Below are positions 1-11,920 of a stretch of DNA of 64,000 nucleotides, in pieces (position 1 is the stretch's first letter; every line of letters starts with the position of its first letter). The notes below the pieces were generated by a model. That model saw only the letters and a list, made by a program, of their open reading frames with translations, did not search any database and was not told the origin of the DNA. The translations under genes were made by a program, and so were the position numbers. The stretch covers positions 2,809,788 to 2,873,787 of the forward strand of contig NC_069004.1 in NCBI RefSeq assembly GCF_001194135.2. Direction: 5' to 3'. The DNA comes from Octopus bimaculoides. Taxonomy: Eukaryota.

Positions 1-429
1 GAACGTTAACGAGATCGCAATTAAATAGCGAAAAGCTTTTAATCGGACACGTGAGTGAGTCAGCCAAACGGCCCGGTTAGGGTTACAGGGTGATGGTGCG
101 GTCACTCCAAATCCGAGAAATAGCAGCCAAGTTACTTCGAATCACACTCGTCATCCTTGTAAAATAAAGACTCTTTGGAAAAATACAATCCTGTACGTGT
201 GTATAAATATGAGATGGTCACGCCTGAAACGCCAGATCTGGGACTCAATGATAATAATAAGTACAACCACTTCGGTACTTGACTGGTGTTCATTTTATCG
301 TGCCCCGTCGTCTTTCGCTTGAAGGCTCGAAAATCAAAGTCGACCTGAAAAATCTTATCGTGCACCATTTCAAGAGAATATTAAAACATTAAATAAAATA
401 GAATAAATAAGAGTATTATTGTAACATAC

Positions 430-510
430 CTGGTCTATGGGTAAACCGAAGAAATCTGAAAGTGGTGTCAGCAAACGAGACCCCATACAAAATTCGCCTG
501 TGTATACCAT
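430..510 (-). CDS. MBOAT2: First coding exon of an MBOAT1/2-type lysophospholipid acyltransferase (gene continues left of the window)
   Basis: Translates MVYTGEFCMGSRLLTPLSDFFGLPIDQ followed by a GTATGT donor. This matches the family N-terminus GSxLLxPLSxxxxLPIDQ|VNF; MBOAT1 versus MBOAT2 is not resolvable from one exon. Confidence 0.85.
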
Positions 511-1418
511 GTTTGGTTCGTTCGGCCGCTTAGAGTGAGTTTATTACAGACAGAGAAGACGAGACGAGAGAGAGAGAGAGAGAGATTGAGACAGAGATAG
601 ATAGAGAGAGAGAGGGGAAAAAAAGAAAGAAGGGGAGGGTGAACAAGTGAACGTTTGTGTGTGTGAAATGAAGAAGAAAAGAAAGATTGAATCCGATCAG
701 TCTTGTTCCTTTTGGGAAGGTTATTTGTAGTTACTTTTCACTTCAAAAGAAGAAAAAGATTTTCAAGTGAAAGATAGTCCCATATATAAAGTATATAGTT
801 GGTANNNNNNNNNNNNNNNNNNNNNNNNNNNNNNNNNNNNNNNNNNNNNNNNNNNNNNNNNNNNNNNNNNNNNNNNNNNNNNNNNNNNNNNNNNNNNNNN
901 NNNNNNNNNNNNNNNNNNNNNNNNNNNNNNNNNNNNNNNNNNNNNNNNNNNNNNNNNNNNNNNNNNNNNNNNNNNNNNNNNNNNNNNNNNNNNNNNNNNN
1001 NNNNNNNNNNNNNNNNNNNNNNNNNNNNNNNNNNNNNNNNNNNNNNNNNNNNNNNNNNNNNNNNNNNNNNNNNNNNNNNNNNNNNNNNNNNNNNNNNNNN
1101 NNNNNNNNNNNNNNNNNNNNNNNNNNNNNNNNNNNNNNNNNNNNNNNNNNNNNNNNNNNNNNNNNNNNNNNNNNNNNNNNNNNNNNNNNNNNNNNNNNNN
1201 NNNNNNNNNNNNNNNNNNNNNNNNNNNNNNNNNNNNNNNNNNNNNNNNNNNNNNNNNNNNNNNNNNNNNNNNNNNNNNNNNNNNNNNNNNNNNNNNNNNN
1301 NNNNNNNNNNNNNNNNNNNNNNNNNNNNNNNNNNNNNNNNNNNNNNNNNNNNNNNNNNNNNNNNNNNNNNNNNNNNNNNNNNNNNNNNNNNNNNNNNNNN
1401 NNNNNNNNNNNNNNNNNN

Positions 1419-1471
<53 letters not shown>

Positions 1472-1840
1472 GTAATGTGTGTGTGTGTAAAAGTTTGTAT
1501 GTATATACCTCGGCTCTACATACGAAGGTGACAGTATAAAAGCATTTTTACTAGATTATATTCCGATGTACATCGGTGGGGTTTTTCCTATTTTCATACC
1601 CCAATTACCGTTTATATTTATACAATTACAAACACACACACACCCAGAAAGAGCACTCCTTTTAGAAAAAGCGCGCCTCTACTTGTCTATATATATTTAC
1701 ATCCGTAACATATGGGCAAGTATGTATATCTTTATTATATACTTGTGTGTGTATGCGCAATATTTTGCAGCAATTCAAATTATATATTTTAAGATTAGAG
1801 TAAGTCTAAATTTAAATAATAATTTGTGTATATATATATA

Positions 1841-1872
<32 letters not shown>

Positions 1873-2749
1873 CTAAAGAACAGATTTTCAAAAAGAAGTA
1901 GACGGATGTGCGTGTAAATATATATTATATATTACTATAAATAAGTTTTTGGCAACGCGAGCCTAAACACTCCACATCACTATTATTTTTATTATCATTA
2001 TTATTATTATTAGCAGTAGTAGTAACAAAAACAGCCGTTCTCTTAAATATTATTACTGTTATTATACGAGTTGGCTCAGATTAAATTCAAACAAATTAGT
2101 CTTGGCAAACACATACTACGAATATAGATTGATGGATGTGAAGAGGCATTCCTTAATTCTTTACAGTAGAGAGAGAGAGAACACCACAACCTGCAATGGT
2201 ACAATGAAGAATAGGAAATAGTCTTAGAATTGCTCAAAGAAATGCAATCGAAAAAATGGTCATTGGAATTGTAAACAAATCAGGACGAGAGAAAGATATG
2301 TGGGTGGGTGCCGTTGCTCTTTGAGCGATTCGAGACAGGACAGTGTAGAGTTGGAACTGTCGCTCACGGTTCTTGAGAGGAATGGTAAACGAGACAGGTC
2401 CCAAAGAAAAAAAAAACATGGAATGAATGTATAAATATTATTACTACATTAAAAAACCACTACTTGCTGAAGATCATACCACCGCCTATACAGTGCCTTA
2501 TACGTGCGAAACCAGTGGTCACTCTCTGACCGGCCTGAACAAACCAACCTTTTAAATATTACTAATCTATGCTACTCATTCGGACATATGAACTACTGAC
2601 CGATATATATATATATAAAGTGATCCTTAGGGGTCGTGTAAAAACCTTTTCTCTTGTCACCTTTAACTCGTTTTAAGCCAATGTTATTCAAAATAGAACC
2701 GAGATATACTAATTGTGTGTGAGTGTGTATGGAGAGAGGGAGAGATATG

Positions 2750-2806
<57 letters not shown>

Positions 2807-2945
2807 ATATATATAGAGAAAGAGTGATAGTCTATGTGTGAATATTTCAGTAGGACCTTTAAAGTTGCACGTGCGTTGCTTGTGTTTAGGTTGTTTTCTT
2901 TTAAATTCCAGTTGATTGTAATCTATGTTAAATACTATCTGCAAA

Positions 2946-2978
<33 letters not shown>

Positions 2979-5900
2979 ACTATCTACACAAATGTAAATA
3001 AATATATTCGTTTGAACATTATACACTCCGTTGCTTCTCCGATTTTCTCGTTTTGTGCGTTCGTCTACTCAATATCATATATATTTATATATCTATATAT
3101 ATACATATATATATTTATACACTTACACACACACACTGGGAATGTCCCACAACGATGATCGGTCTCTTCAAGTTGGTTTTTTCTCTTAACCTTTCACTTC
3201 TCTTTTGTTTATATTATACGTTCGTATGCACTCATTTGTTTTTTCTTTTCAACAAACTGAATATTAAATATTTGGAAAAGTTTTATCGTGTCAGGATGCC
3301 TTTCTGTTTTCCTTCAATGCAGATGTAACCATTGACTTTAATAAAGTCCTTGTTCTTAAAAAAAATTGCTATATTACTTTCTCTTTTTCAAGTTTATAAA
3401 TATTGTTTTGATGTGTTTATCTTTCGTTTTGCTGTTTTCTTTTTAAACAACTGCAATTAATTCACCTTCGATATTGTAGTTAATGTGTCAGTATATTAAT
3501 TATCATTAACAACATTAATTATAACTGTTGTTATTAATCATAACCTTCATTTCATAAAATNNNNNNNNNNNNNNNNNNNNNNNNNNNNNNNNNNNNNNNN
3601 NNNNNNNNNNNNNNNNNNNNNNNNNNNNNNNNNNNNNNNNNNNNNNNNNNNNNNNNNNNNNNNNNNNNNNNNNNNNNNNNNNNNNNNNNNNNNNNNNNNN
3701 NNNNNNNNNNNNNNNNNNNNNNNNNNNNNNNNNNNNNNNNNNNNNNNNNNNNNNNNNNNNNNNNNNNNNNNNNNNNNNNNNNNNNNNNNNNNNNNNNNNN
3801 NNNNNNNNNNNNNNNNNNNNNNNNNNNNNNNNNNNNNNNNNNNNNNNNNNNNNNNNNNNNNNNNNNNNNNNNNNNNNNNNNNNNNNNNNNNNNNNNNNNN
3901 NNNNNNNNNNNNNNNNNNNNNNNNNNNNNNNNNNNNNNNNNNNNCTTATGTTATTAATGTCATACAGCTGGTAAAAGATATGTCATGTAGGATATAAGCT
4001 TTATGTAAGCTTCATGACTTTGACAAAAATCACGACAAATGAAATAATAAATAAAATGAACTTCATCCGGGGGTAAGTAATCTTACCCCCAAAAAAGAGA
4101 TAAAAATAAAACCCAGTCCGGTAGCAACAGCTTCATAAATATTTCAAGAGTTCGAAAATAGGTCCTGAGCCTGTTTAATCGTTAATTAATTCGTCGTGTG
4201 TTGGGGGTTATTTAATGCAAACAAAACTGTTGTGGAAATGCGGCTGATATGAGTTGAGGAGCGAGCACCTTTAATCATGTCAGCATCTTCGTTAAAATTC
4301 TCCCTCTGCCCGCAAGCAACCTTCAAGAGGATTTGTTTATATTTACACACGCCACAAACAAACCCTTGAAAGTGCTTGCTTCCTCAATCACGTGTAGCCA
4401 TAAAGTAAGGTCAAGCCTAAAACCATCGATGGTAAAGAGAAGACAAATCTGTCCATATCACATCGTAAAGGCCATCTTCTTTATCACTGTCCTTCCTTTC
4501 ATCACCATCATTATTATTATTATTATTATTAGAGATTAAAAATGTCTTTCTTCCTTCGTTTGTTTTGATTGATCATCTGCTTCTTTTTTCTCTTTCTTCT
4601 TTTCTTCGTCTTCTTCTCTGTGTGTCATTCAATCTCTAATAAATCCTTCCATCCTCAAATCTTCTCTTTCGGTCAAGTAGTCCAACATTCCGCCGCGGTA
4701 TCTTTCCTCCAGAGCTGGGCTGGGAGGAAACAGAGAAACGGGAGGGGGAAAATTCCTCTTCTTCTCTGTTCGGGTCACTTTGCTTTTTCCCTTCTTTCGT
4801 TACGCTTTCTCTTTCTCTCTCATTTCAGATTTGTTCAGAGTTCTCTTATCCTGATTAGAACTCTTCCGGTGTAGAAAACGCATTATCGCCCTTGTACATT
4901 TGTTCCATCAAGATCACTCTTTTGTACAAAGTCGTTTAACCCTTTGCCTGTCAAAGCATTTTGATGAGTTTGTCCTAAATGTCCATTCTTGTTTTCAGAC
5001 TTTAAGTTAGCCCTTGTTTTACACGATCTGAATAATACAAAGCTTTGCTTTCGTAGATCCCAAGTTACTGTGGTGGTTGAAAAATATTGAGATGAAGCAT
5101 GGACGCCAGAGAAATATGTCCTCTGTATAACATGTAATGGGTTAAATTATATATATATATGTGTGTGTGTGTGTCTATCTTAACCAAGAACAGAATGCTA
5201 ACCATTTTCTTAAGAACCCTTCGTTAAAGAGAAGATGAAATGTTAATTGAGTTTTGAAATAGCTATCACTACCCCATTGGAAAGAATTGGAAGGCAAAAA
5301 GGTAAAAAAAAAAAATTTAATTTTGGTAGACAAAGACAGACATAGACACACACGTACACACAAACACACACATAAATATTCACCATCATCATCATCTAGC
5401 ATCTGTTGTCCATGCTGGCATGGGCTGGACAGTTTGACCAGGGCTGGTAAGCTGGAGAGCTGCACCAGGTTCCAGTCTGATTTGGCCTGGTGTCTATGGC
5501 TGGAAGGCCCTTCCTATCACCATCCACTCTACAGAGTTTGCTGGGTGCTTTTGCATGGTACTGCACAAGCTTTTTTATGTGGTGCCACACGAGCACTTCC
5601 ACGTGACGCTGCCACGAGTGCTGTTCACAACCAGTGGGACCAGTCTTATCACCTCTGCTGTGGAGTATGGCTCTTCTTGAGTACAGCAAAGCACCGGGTC
5701 TCTCGGACCTTCGTCACCTTGCCCAAAAGGTTCAGTGTCTTGGGGTCATCCTTCACTCCTTTGTCCCATGTCCTCCTGGGACTCCCACTTCCACATGTTC
5801 CAGTCAGAGAGCGTAAGTACCAAAACCTTTCAATGCTGTGCCACAGCATGGCCACAACTCAATGACTGAAACAAGTAAGAAAAAAATCCCCTAAAGATGC

Positions 5901-7965
5901 ATTTAAAAATGCAATCTTGGATATATAAAGTCTGAATAAAAGATAATAGTCATAACTAGAATGCCTATGGTTAAAGGTTTGCTAAACGATGTCCTGACTT
6001 GGAGCTAAATAAAATGGCCCTACTTCTTTCTGATTGCCGCCAAGTGCTGGATTAACCATTAAGCGAAATAAGCAGAACTTTGCTTCCCAACCACATGGTT
6101 CTGGGTTCAGTCCCACTGAGTGGCACTTTGGGCAGGTGTCTTCTGCTGTAGCCTTGGGCTGACCAAAGCCTTGTGAGTGGATTTGGTAGACAGAAGACTG
6201 GAAGGAGCCCATTATATATATATATATATATATATAATATAATATTATATTATATAGATATATATACGTATACATTTGTGTGTGTGTGTATGTCTGTGTT
6301 TGTCCCCCCTCCATCGCTTGACTACTGATGTTGGTGTATTTACATCCCTGTAACTAAGTGGCTTGAAAGAGAATGAGGTGACTAAGAAATAAACAATTAT
6401 CTTTTGAACTTCATTGGCTTACAGCTGTTTCAGCTCTATGCTTGTCTAGCACTTAGTTCTGGAGCATATGTGTATTGAGTAGTAGTACACCACGTTATTA
6501 GTCTCGCAATGCCTAAGCAATACACACACACAATATACACAATAAGCTTCCACACAATTTCTGTCTCCCTGATTCATTCCAAAGACATTCGTTGGCTTGG
6601 GGTTATAGATGAAACTTGCCCAAGGTACCACACAGTGGGACTGATCTCCAAACCACGTGTTCGCAAAGCAGGCTTTTTAACCACACACCCAAGCCTGTCT
6701 TAGTATTTTCTTTTATTTTTGTTTTTGCCTTCTTTCGTTTTATGATCACAAAGTGAAAGTGGAAGAATTATTTTCAATAAAAACTGATTAGTTTGAACAA
6801 AAATGAAAAAAAAATTTTTTTTTCAGAATCTACCCCAATTCTATCCCGATTGAAACAAACAAAATATTGAAAAAGTTAAAATCAAAAAATATTTATTTAT
6901 TCATCTATTTGGTAAAATTTANNNNNNNNNNNNNNNNNNNNNNNNNNNNNNNNNNNNNNNNNNNNNNNNNNNNNNNNNNNNNNNNNNNNNNNNNNNNNNN
7001 NNNNNNNNNNNNNNNNNNNNNNNNNNNNNNNNNNNNNNNNNNNNNNNNNNNNNNNNNNNNNNNNNNNNNNNNNNNNNNNNNNNNNNNNNNNNNNNNNNNN
7101 NNNNNNNNNNNNNNNNNNNNNNNNNNNNNNNNNNNNNNNNNNNNNNNNNNNNNNNNNNNNNNNNNNNNNNNNNNNNNNNNNNNNNNNNNNNNNNNNNNNN
7201 NNNNNNNNNNNNNNNNNNNNNNNNNNNNNNNNNNNNNNNNNNNNNNNNNNNNNNNNNNNNNNNNNNNNNNNNNNNNNNNNNNNNNNNNNNNNNNNNNNNN
7301 NNNNNNNNNNNNNNNNNNNNNNNNNNNNNNNNNNNNNNNNNNNNNNNNNNNNNNNNNNNNNNNNNNNNNNNNNNNNNNNNNNNNNNNNNNNNNNNNNNNN
7401 NNNNNNNNNNNNNNNNNNNNNNNNNNNNNNNNNNNNNNNNNNNNNNNNNNNNNNNNNNNNNNNNNNNNNNNNNNNNNNNNNNNNNNNNNNNNNNNNNNNN
7501 NNNNNNNNNNNNNNNNNNNNNNNNNNNNNNNNNNNNNNNNNNNNNNNNNNNNNNNNNNNNNNNNNNNNNNNNNNNNNNNNNNNNNNNNNNNNNNNNNNNN
7601 NNNNNNNNNNNNNNNNNNNNNNNNNNNNNNNNNNNNNNNNNNNNNNNNNNNNTCTCATTCCATCTCTCTCTTCCATTCTCCCTCCCTCCCTCTCTCTCTC
7701 TCTTTTTCCTTCCTTCCTCCCTCTGTCTCATTCCTCTTTAAATTCTACTGTAGCGTAGATGATGATGATGACGGTGGTGGTGGTGACGTCGGAGTAATTG
7801 ATGTCGAAGTCAGTATTGGATGGTGCCCCGCGCCGCGCGTTATTCGTTTCCTCGCTTTAAAATTCGCTGCTGCTGCTGCTTTGTTCGGCTGATGGCCAAC
7901 TAAAAAAAAAAAAAAAAAATATCACCAAAAAAATACATAAAAAAAACAAAGATCTTGCCCTGACT

Positions 7966-8032
7966 TATAAAAAGGGGGAGCGGTTCGTATCAACAAATAT
8001 TTTCCAAGATGGCTTCTAACAAAGCGGTAAGT
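7966..8032 (+). promoter_or_regulatory. Candidate TATA promoter and short first exon (MASNKA)
   Basis: TATAAAAAGGGGG at 7966, CCAAGATGGC (YY1-like, ATG 8009) and donor GCG|gtaagt at 8027. Confidence 0.4.
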
Positions 8033-11000
8033 TACTTCTGTTTCCCACCTTGCATGTGCCACATGCCTGATGGTTATTAGAAAAAACCTTCCATAAGCCT
8101 CAGTGCCCGTTCTGAAGACAGACATTACAACGTCTCCATTCTCTGTGGATGCCTGAGTTTCTATGTCTCTTTCTCTCCCTGTGTCTGTCTTCATGGCAAA
8201 TCTCAGATTATACATATAGACACATATATATACATATATATGTATGAAGTGCACATACGCATATATATAATGCGTATATGTTATATACATATGTATTTTC
8301 TACACCCACACATGTATACATACGATCATAATTAAATATATGTGCATGTGTTTTCATATAAATGTATATATATATGTATATGTTTTAATAATTGTGTATG
8401 TTTTCATATAATTTAGTGTGTGTATATATGTGTTTTTCATATAATTGTGTATATATATATTTATATATACACACTCGTCTTCATATATATTTGTATACAT
8501 ATATATATATATATACGTCTTTCATCCTCAGAGCTGGGTTTTCGTTGTTTTTTTTTTAATTGTCTAATTATTTTATTTACATTTGATTCAATTTTTTTTT
8601 TTCAATTAAGATATTTAGCATCGTTAATTTTTTTTTTTCCGATTACCTTAATACAACATCAGTTTAGACTGATACCTTAACCATTTCGCTGTTCTGTGTT
8701 CGAATTTCGCTCTGGGTCGTCTTAACTTCTTACCTTTAATAAACTGCCGCCACAAATTGCTGAGCGTGTGTATATGTGTGTGTATATATACGGAAAGTAA
8801 TTTTTAATCTATTAAATATAGCCCTTAGCATTTCTTGTACCGTTTGAAAGGGGGTAGACTGGTTTGTAGCCAGGCATTAAATTGCTAATTATTGTCAATA
8901 AGGTTTTATAAATGCCTATATCTACACTTAACCCTAGGTTAACTTTGCCAATTAACAGGCCTGACCTACGGTGATATATAAATATAATCCAAGCCCAACC
9001 GTGACTGCCTACACAGGATTAGGGGTACACAGGATAACGATATACTATATACACAACTATTCCTTACCTAAAGACATTAGGGTGTCATTCTAATGATTTA
9101 GCTACTATTTCTAGCAGATCTGACGACCACAGATTTTGCCATCGTTTTATCAGTATTGTTTATTGTGCTAATGATCCTGGTACATAAATATTGTACAATG
9201 TTGTTTTATTTTCTAAATACATGCTGTTTACGAAGTCTTGTTTACCTGTTTTACGTTAATTTCTCAACATTTGTTTAATATCCGTCGTAATTATACCGTC
9301 CCAAATTGGATAGGACCCACGAGTACTTGTTTGTAAGCATGTATGTATGGTGCGTGTATGTATATGTAAATATATATATATATATACACACACACATTGT
9401 TGTTGCCTACTGTATATTTTTACTAATGTCATTTTCTCTTTGGTTGAGAAAGAAATATATATATTTTAAAATCCTTCTAGACGTTATGGTGTGTGAATAT
9501 GATGCTTCAGAAAAAATCCAACGTGTTTTGAATCTGTAAAATGAAAGAAGGGAGTAATCTGTGTGTGTGTGTATATATAAATTAGCTTATTGTATAGTGT
9601 GTGTATTTTGGATTAATTTTGTGAAGTGCGTGTATATAACAGAAAATTCGCTTTTTGTGTGTGTGTATATATATATGTATATATTTGTATAATATGAAAT
9701 AATGAGCTTATTGTATAGGTTGTGTGTGTGTGTGTGTGTGTATTATAATGAGCTTATTGTATGTGTATTACATTTGTCGTCTCTGCTGACATGTTTCTAC
9801 AAATTCCATCCACTTAGTCTGTTTATATTTGTCCATTCTTAGCCAATGATTAAACATAATAGCCAAAAGTATGTGTGGATATATATATATATATATATAT
9901 AGATATAGAAATATATATATGTGTGGATATATAGTGTGGCTACATATATTGTATGTATGTCTGTCGTTGATTAGAGTCAGAATATTTTGCTGGTGAACGA
10001 AATGTCAATGAATTTTCCCATCTTGTATCTGATGATGATGATGATGCAACAATTGTGATGGAGATGGAATGCTGATTCTAGTAGTGGTGATGATGTTCGT
10101 TTGTCCTCTCCCCCTCATTTATATCGATGGTAATTGCTTCCAATTAAATCACTCTTGACACACATTAAGAAAGTACCCGTAAAGTACTGAAGTAGACCTT
10201 ATCAAAACCACTCCATTTCCGCCTAATTTTGGTGCCTTGTGTTTATGATAGAAACGATTCTTCTTTAGTAATATTATTGTTGTGTAGGCATTTCTTTCGG
10301 CTCCTTACGTTCTGAGTTCAAATGCCGCCGAGGTCGACCTGGCCTTTCATCCTTTCGGGGTCGAAAAATTAAGTACCATTTAAGCACTGAGATCTTCGAT
10401 GTCATCCACTACACCCCCCCCCCTCCACAAAATTTCGGGTTTGTGCTGATAGTAGAAAGGATTATTACTATTATTAGGGAGGGGGCGAGGTGGCAGAATA
10501 TTCAGCGCGTCGGACAAAATGCTTATTGTCTTTTCTCCTGGTTTATTTACGTTGAGTTCGAATACCACAGATGTTAGAGTTTTGCCTTTCGTGGTTGATA
10601 AAATAAAGTTTCAGTCAAGTACTAAGGTCGATATAATTGATGGTGGAGATAAAGAGTATGCACACCACCCGTTCCAGACGTAACTCTAACCCCGAAAATG
10701 NNNNNNNNNNNNNNNNNNNNNNNNNNNNNNNNNNNNNNNNNNNNNNNNNNNNNNNNNNNNNNNNNNNNNAATGGGTGGTGTGCGTATTCTTTACCTTCGC
10801 CATAATTGACTGGCCGCTTCCTCTAAAATGGTAGGCCATGTGTTGAAGTTTGAAACTGTTACTATTTTTATTGTTACCTTTCCCCTCGTCTTTGTCCAGC
10901 CTCACAGGTATCGTAAACCCCATATTCTTTAACGTTTATTGTATCCCTGTGAGATTTTGAGACAAATTAAGACAGTTAACTATTACAGAATCGTTAGCAC

Positions 11001-11886
11001 GCCGGATAAAATGCTTCGTGGCATTTCTTCCGGTTTTACGATTTTAGTTGAAATTCCGTCGAGGTCGGCTTTGCATTTCATCGCTTTCGGGGTGATGAAA
11101 TAAATACCAGTCGAACACTGAGGGGTCGATGTAAATCGCTAACTCCCTTTCACTTAAAAACTGCCAGCCTTGTGTTTACAGGAGAAAGGATTATCTAATC
11201 ACCACTGAGGTCATCATAATCTTTCATTCCTCCTGGAGTTAGTGAAACGGACCGAACACTTCCTTTCAAAATTGCTCTCCTTCTTAGATTAGAAACCGTT
11301 ATTATCATGGAGTTCGACTTTGTCTTTCTTCCCTCTGGGATCAGTAGAGTACATGGGTAAATGGTACCCAATAAACCACTTCTCAAAATTGCCGGCCCTC
11401 ATCGTAATTATCATCATCATCTAGGTCAACTTTGATTTCATCTCTCCAGAGTTGATGAAATAAAATACCAAGTGGTGGGGGTGGTAGATGATATCCATTA
11501 ACCCTAGAACCCTTCTTCTCTCCTCTAAACTTTTGGCCTTCTCCCTAAATCAGAAACAATTATTAATAATGGTATTGTGCTGAATTACAAGGTTTATTTT
11601 TTTGACTTCCTTTTCAACCTCATAACATTGAAAACGTGGATTTATTTATCCTATCGTTGGATGGTGTTACGTAGATCCTGCTCAGTTCCCGTGCTAAAGA
11701 GAACGGTAACCAGAAGTGTTCTGGCCACAGGCATTCCCGTCTTTCTGGCCCCACTACCATGACCCTCTGTGTGTGTGTGTGTGTGTAGATGTATATTATA
11801 GACTTCACTGTCCACGGCACTCTCTCCACCTCTTGAGATTGTAGGGGTTGATTTGAAGGACATTTAGCTTATTGTTTCTTGTGCAG

Positions 11887-11920
<34 letters not shown>

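Noticed and set aside
132-368. 78-aa minus-strand ORF near the MBOAT exon
   Set aside because: The DNA is a degenerate family-A SINE (gtcgactttg...gataaaat..accagt), not coding.
767-1539. Long ORFs spanning N runs (also 6867-7892, 11864-12503, 19953-21015, 25710-26571, 43792-44403, 48568-49763)
   Set aside because: Artefacts of translating assembly gaps as X.
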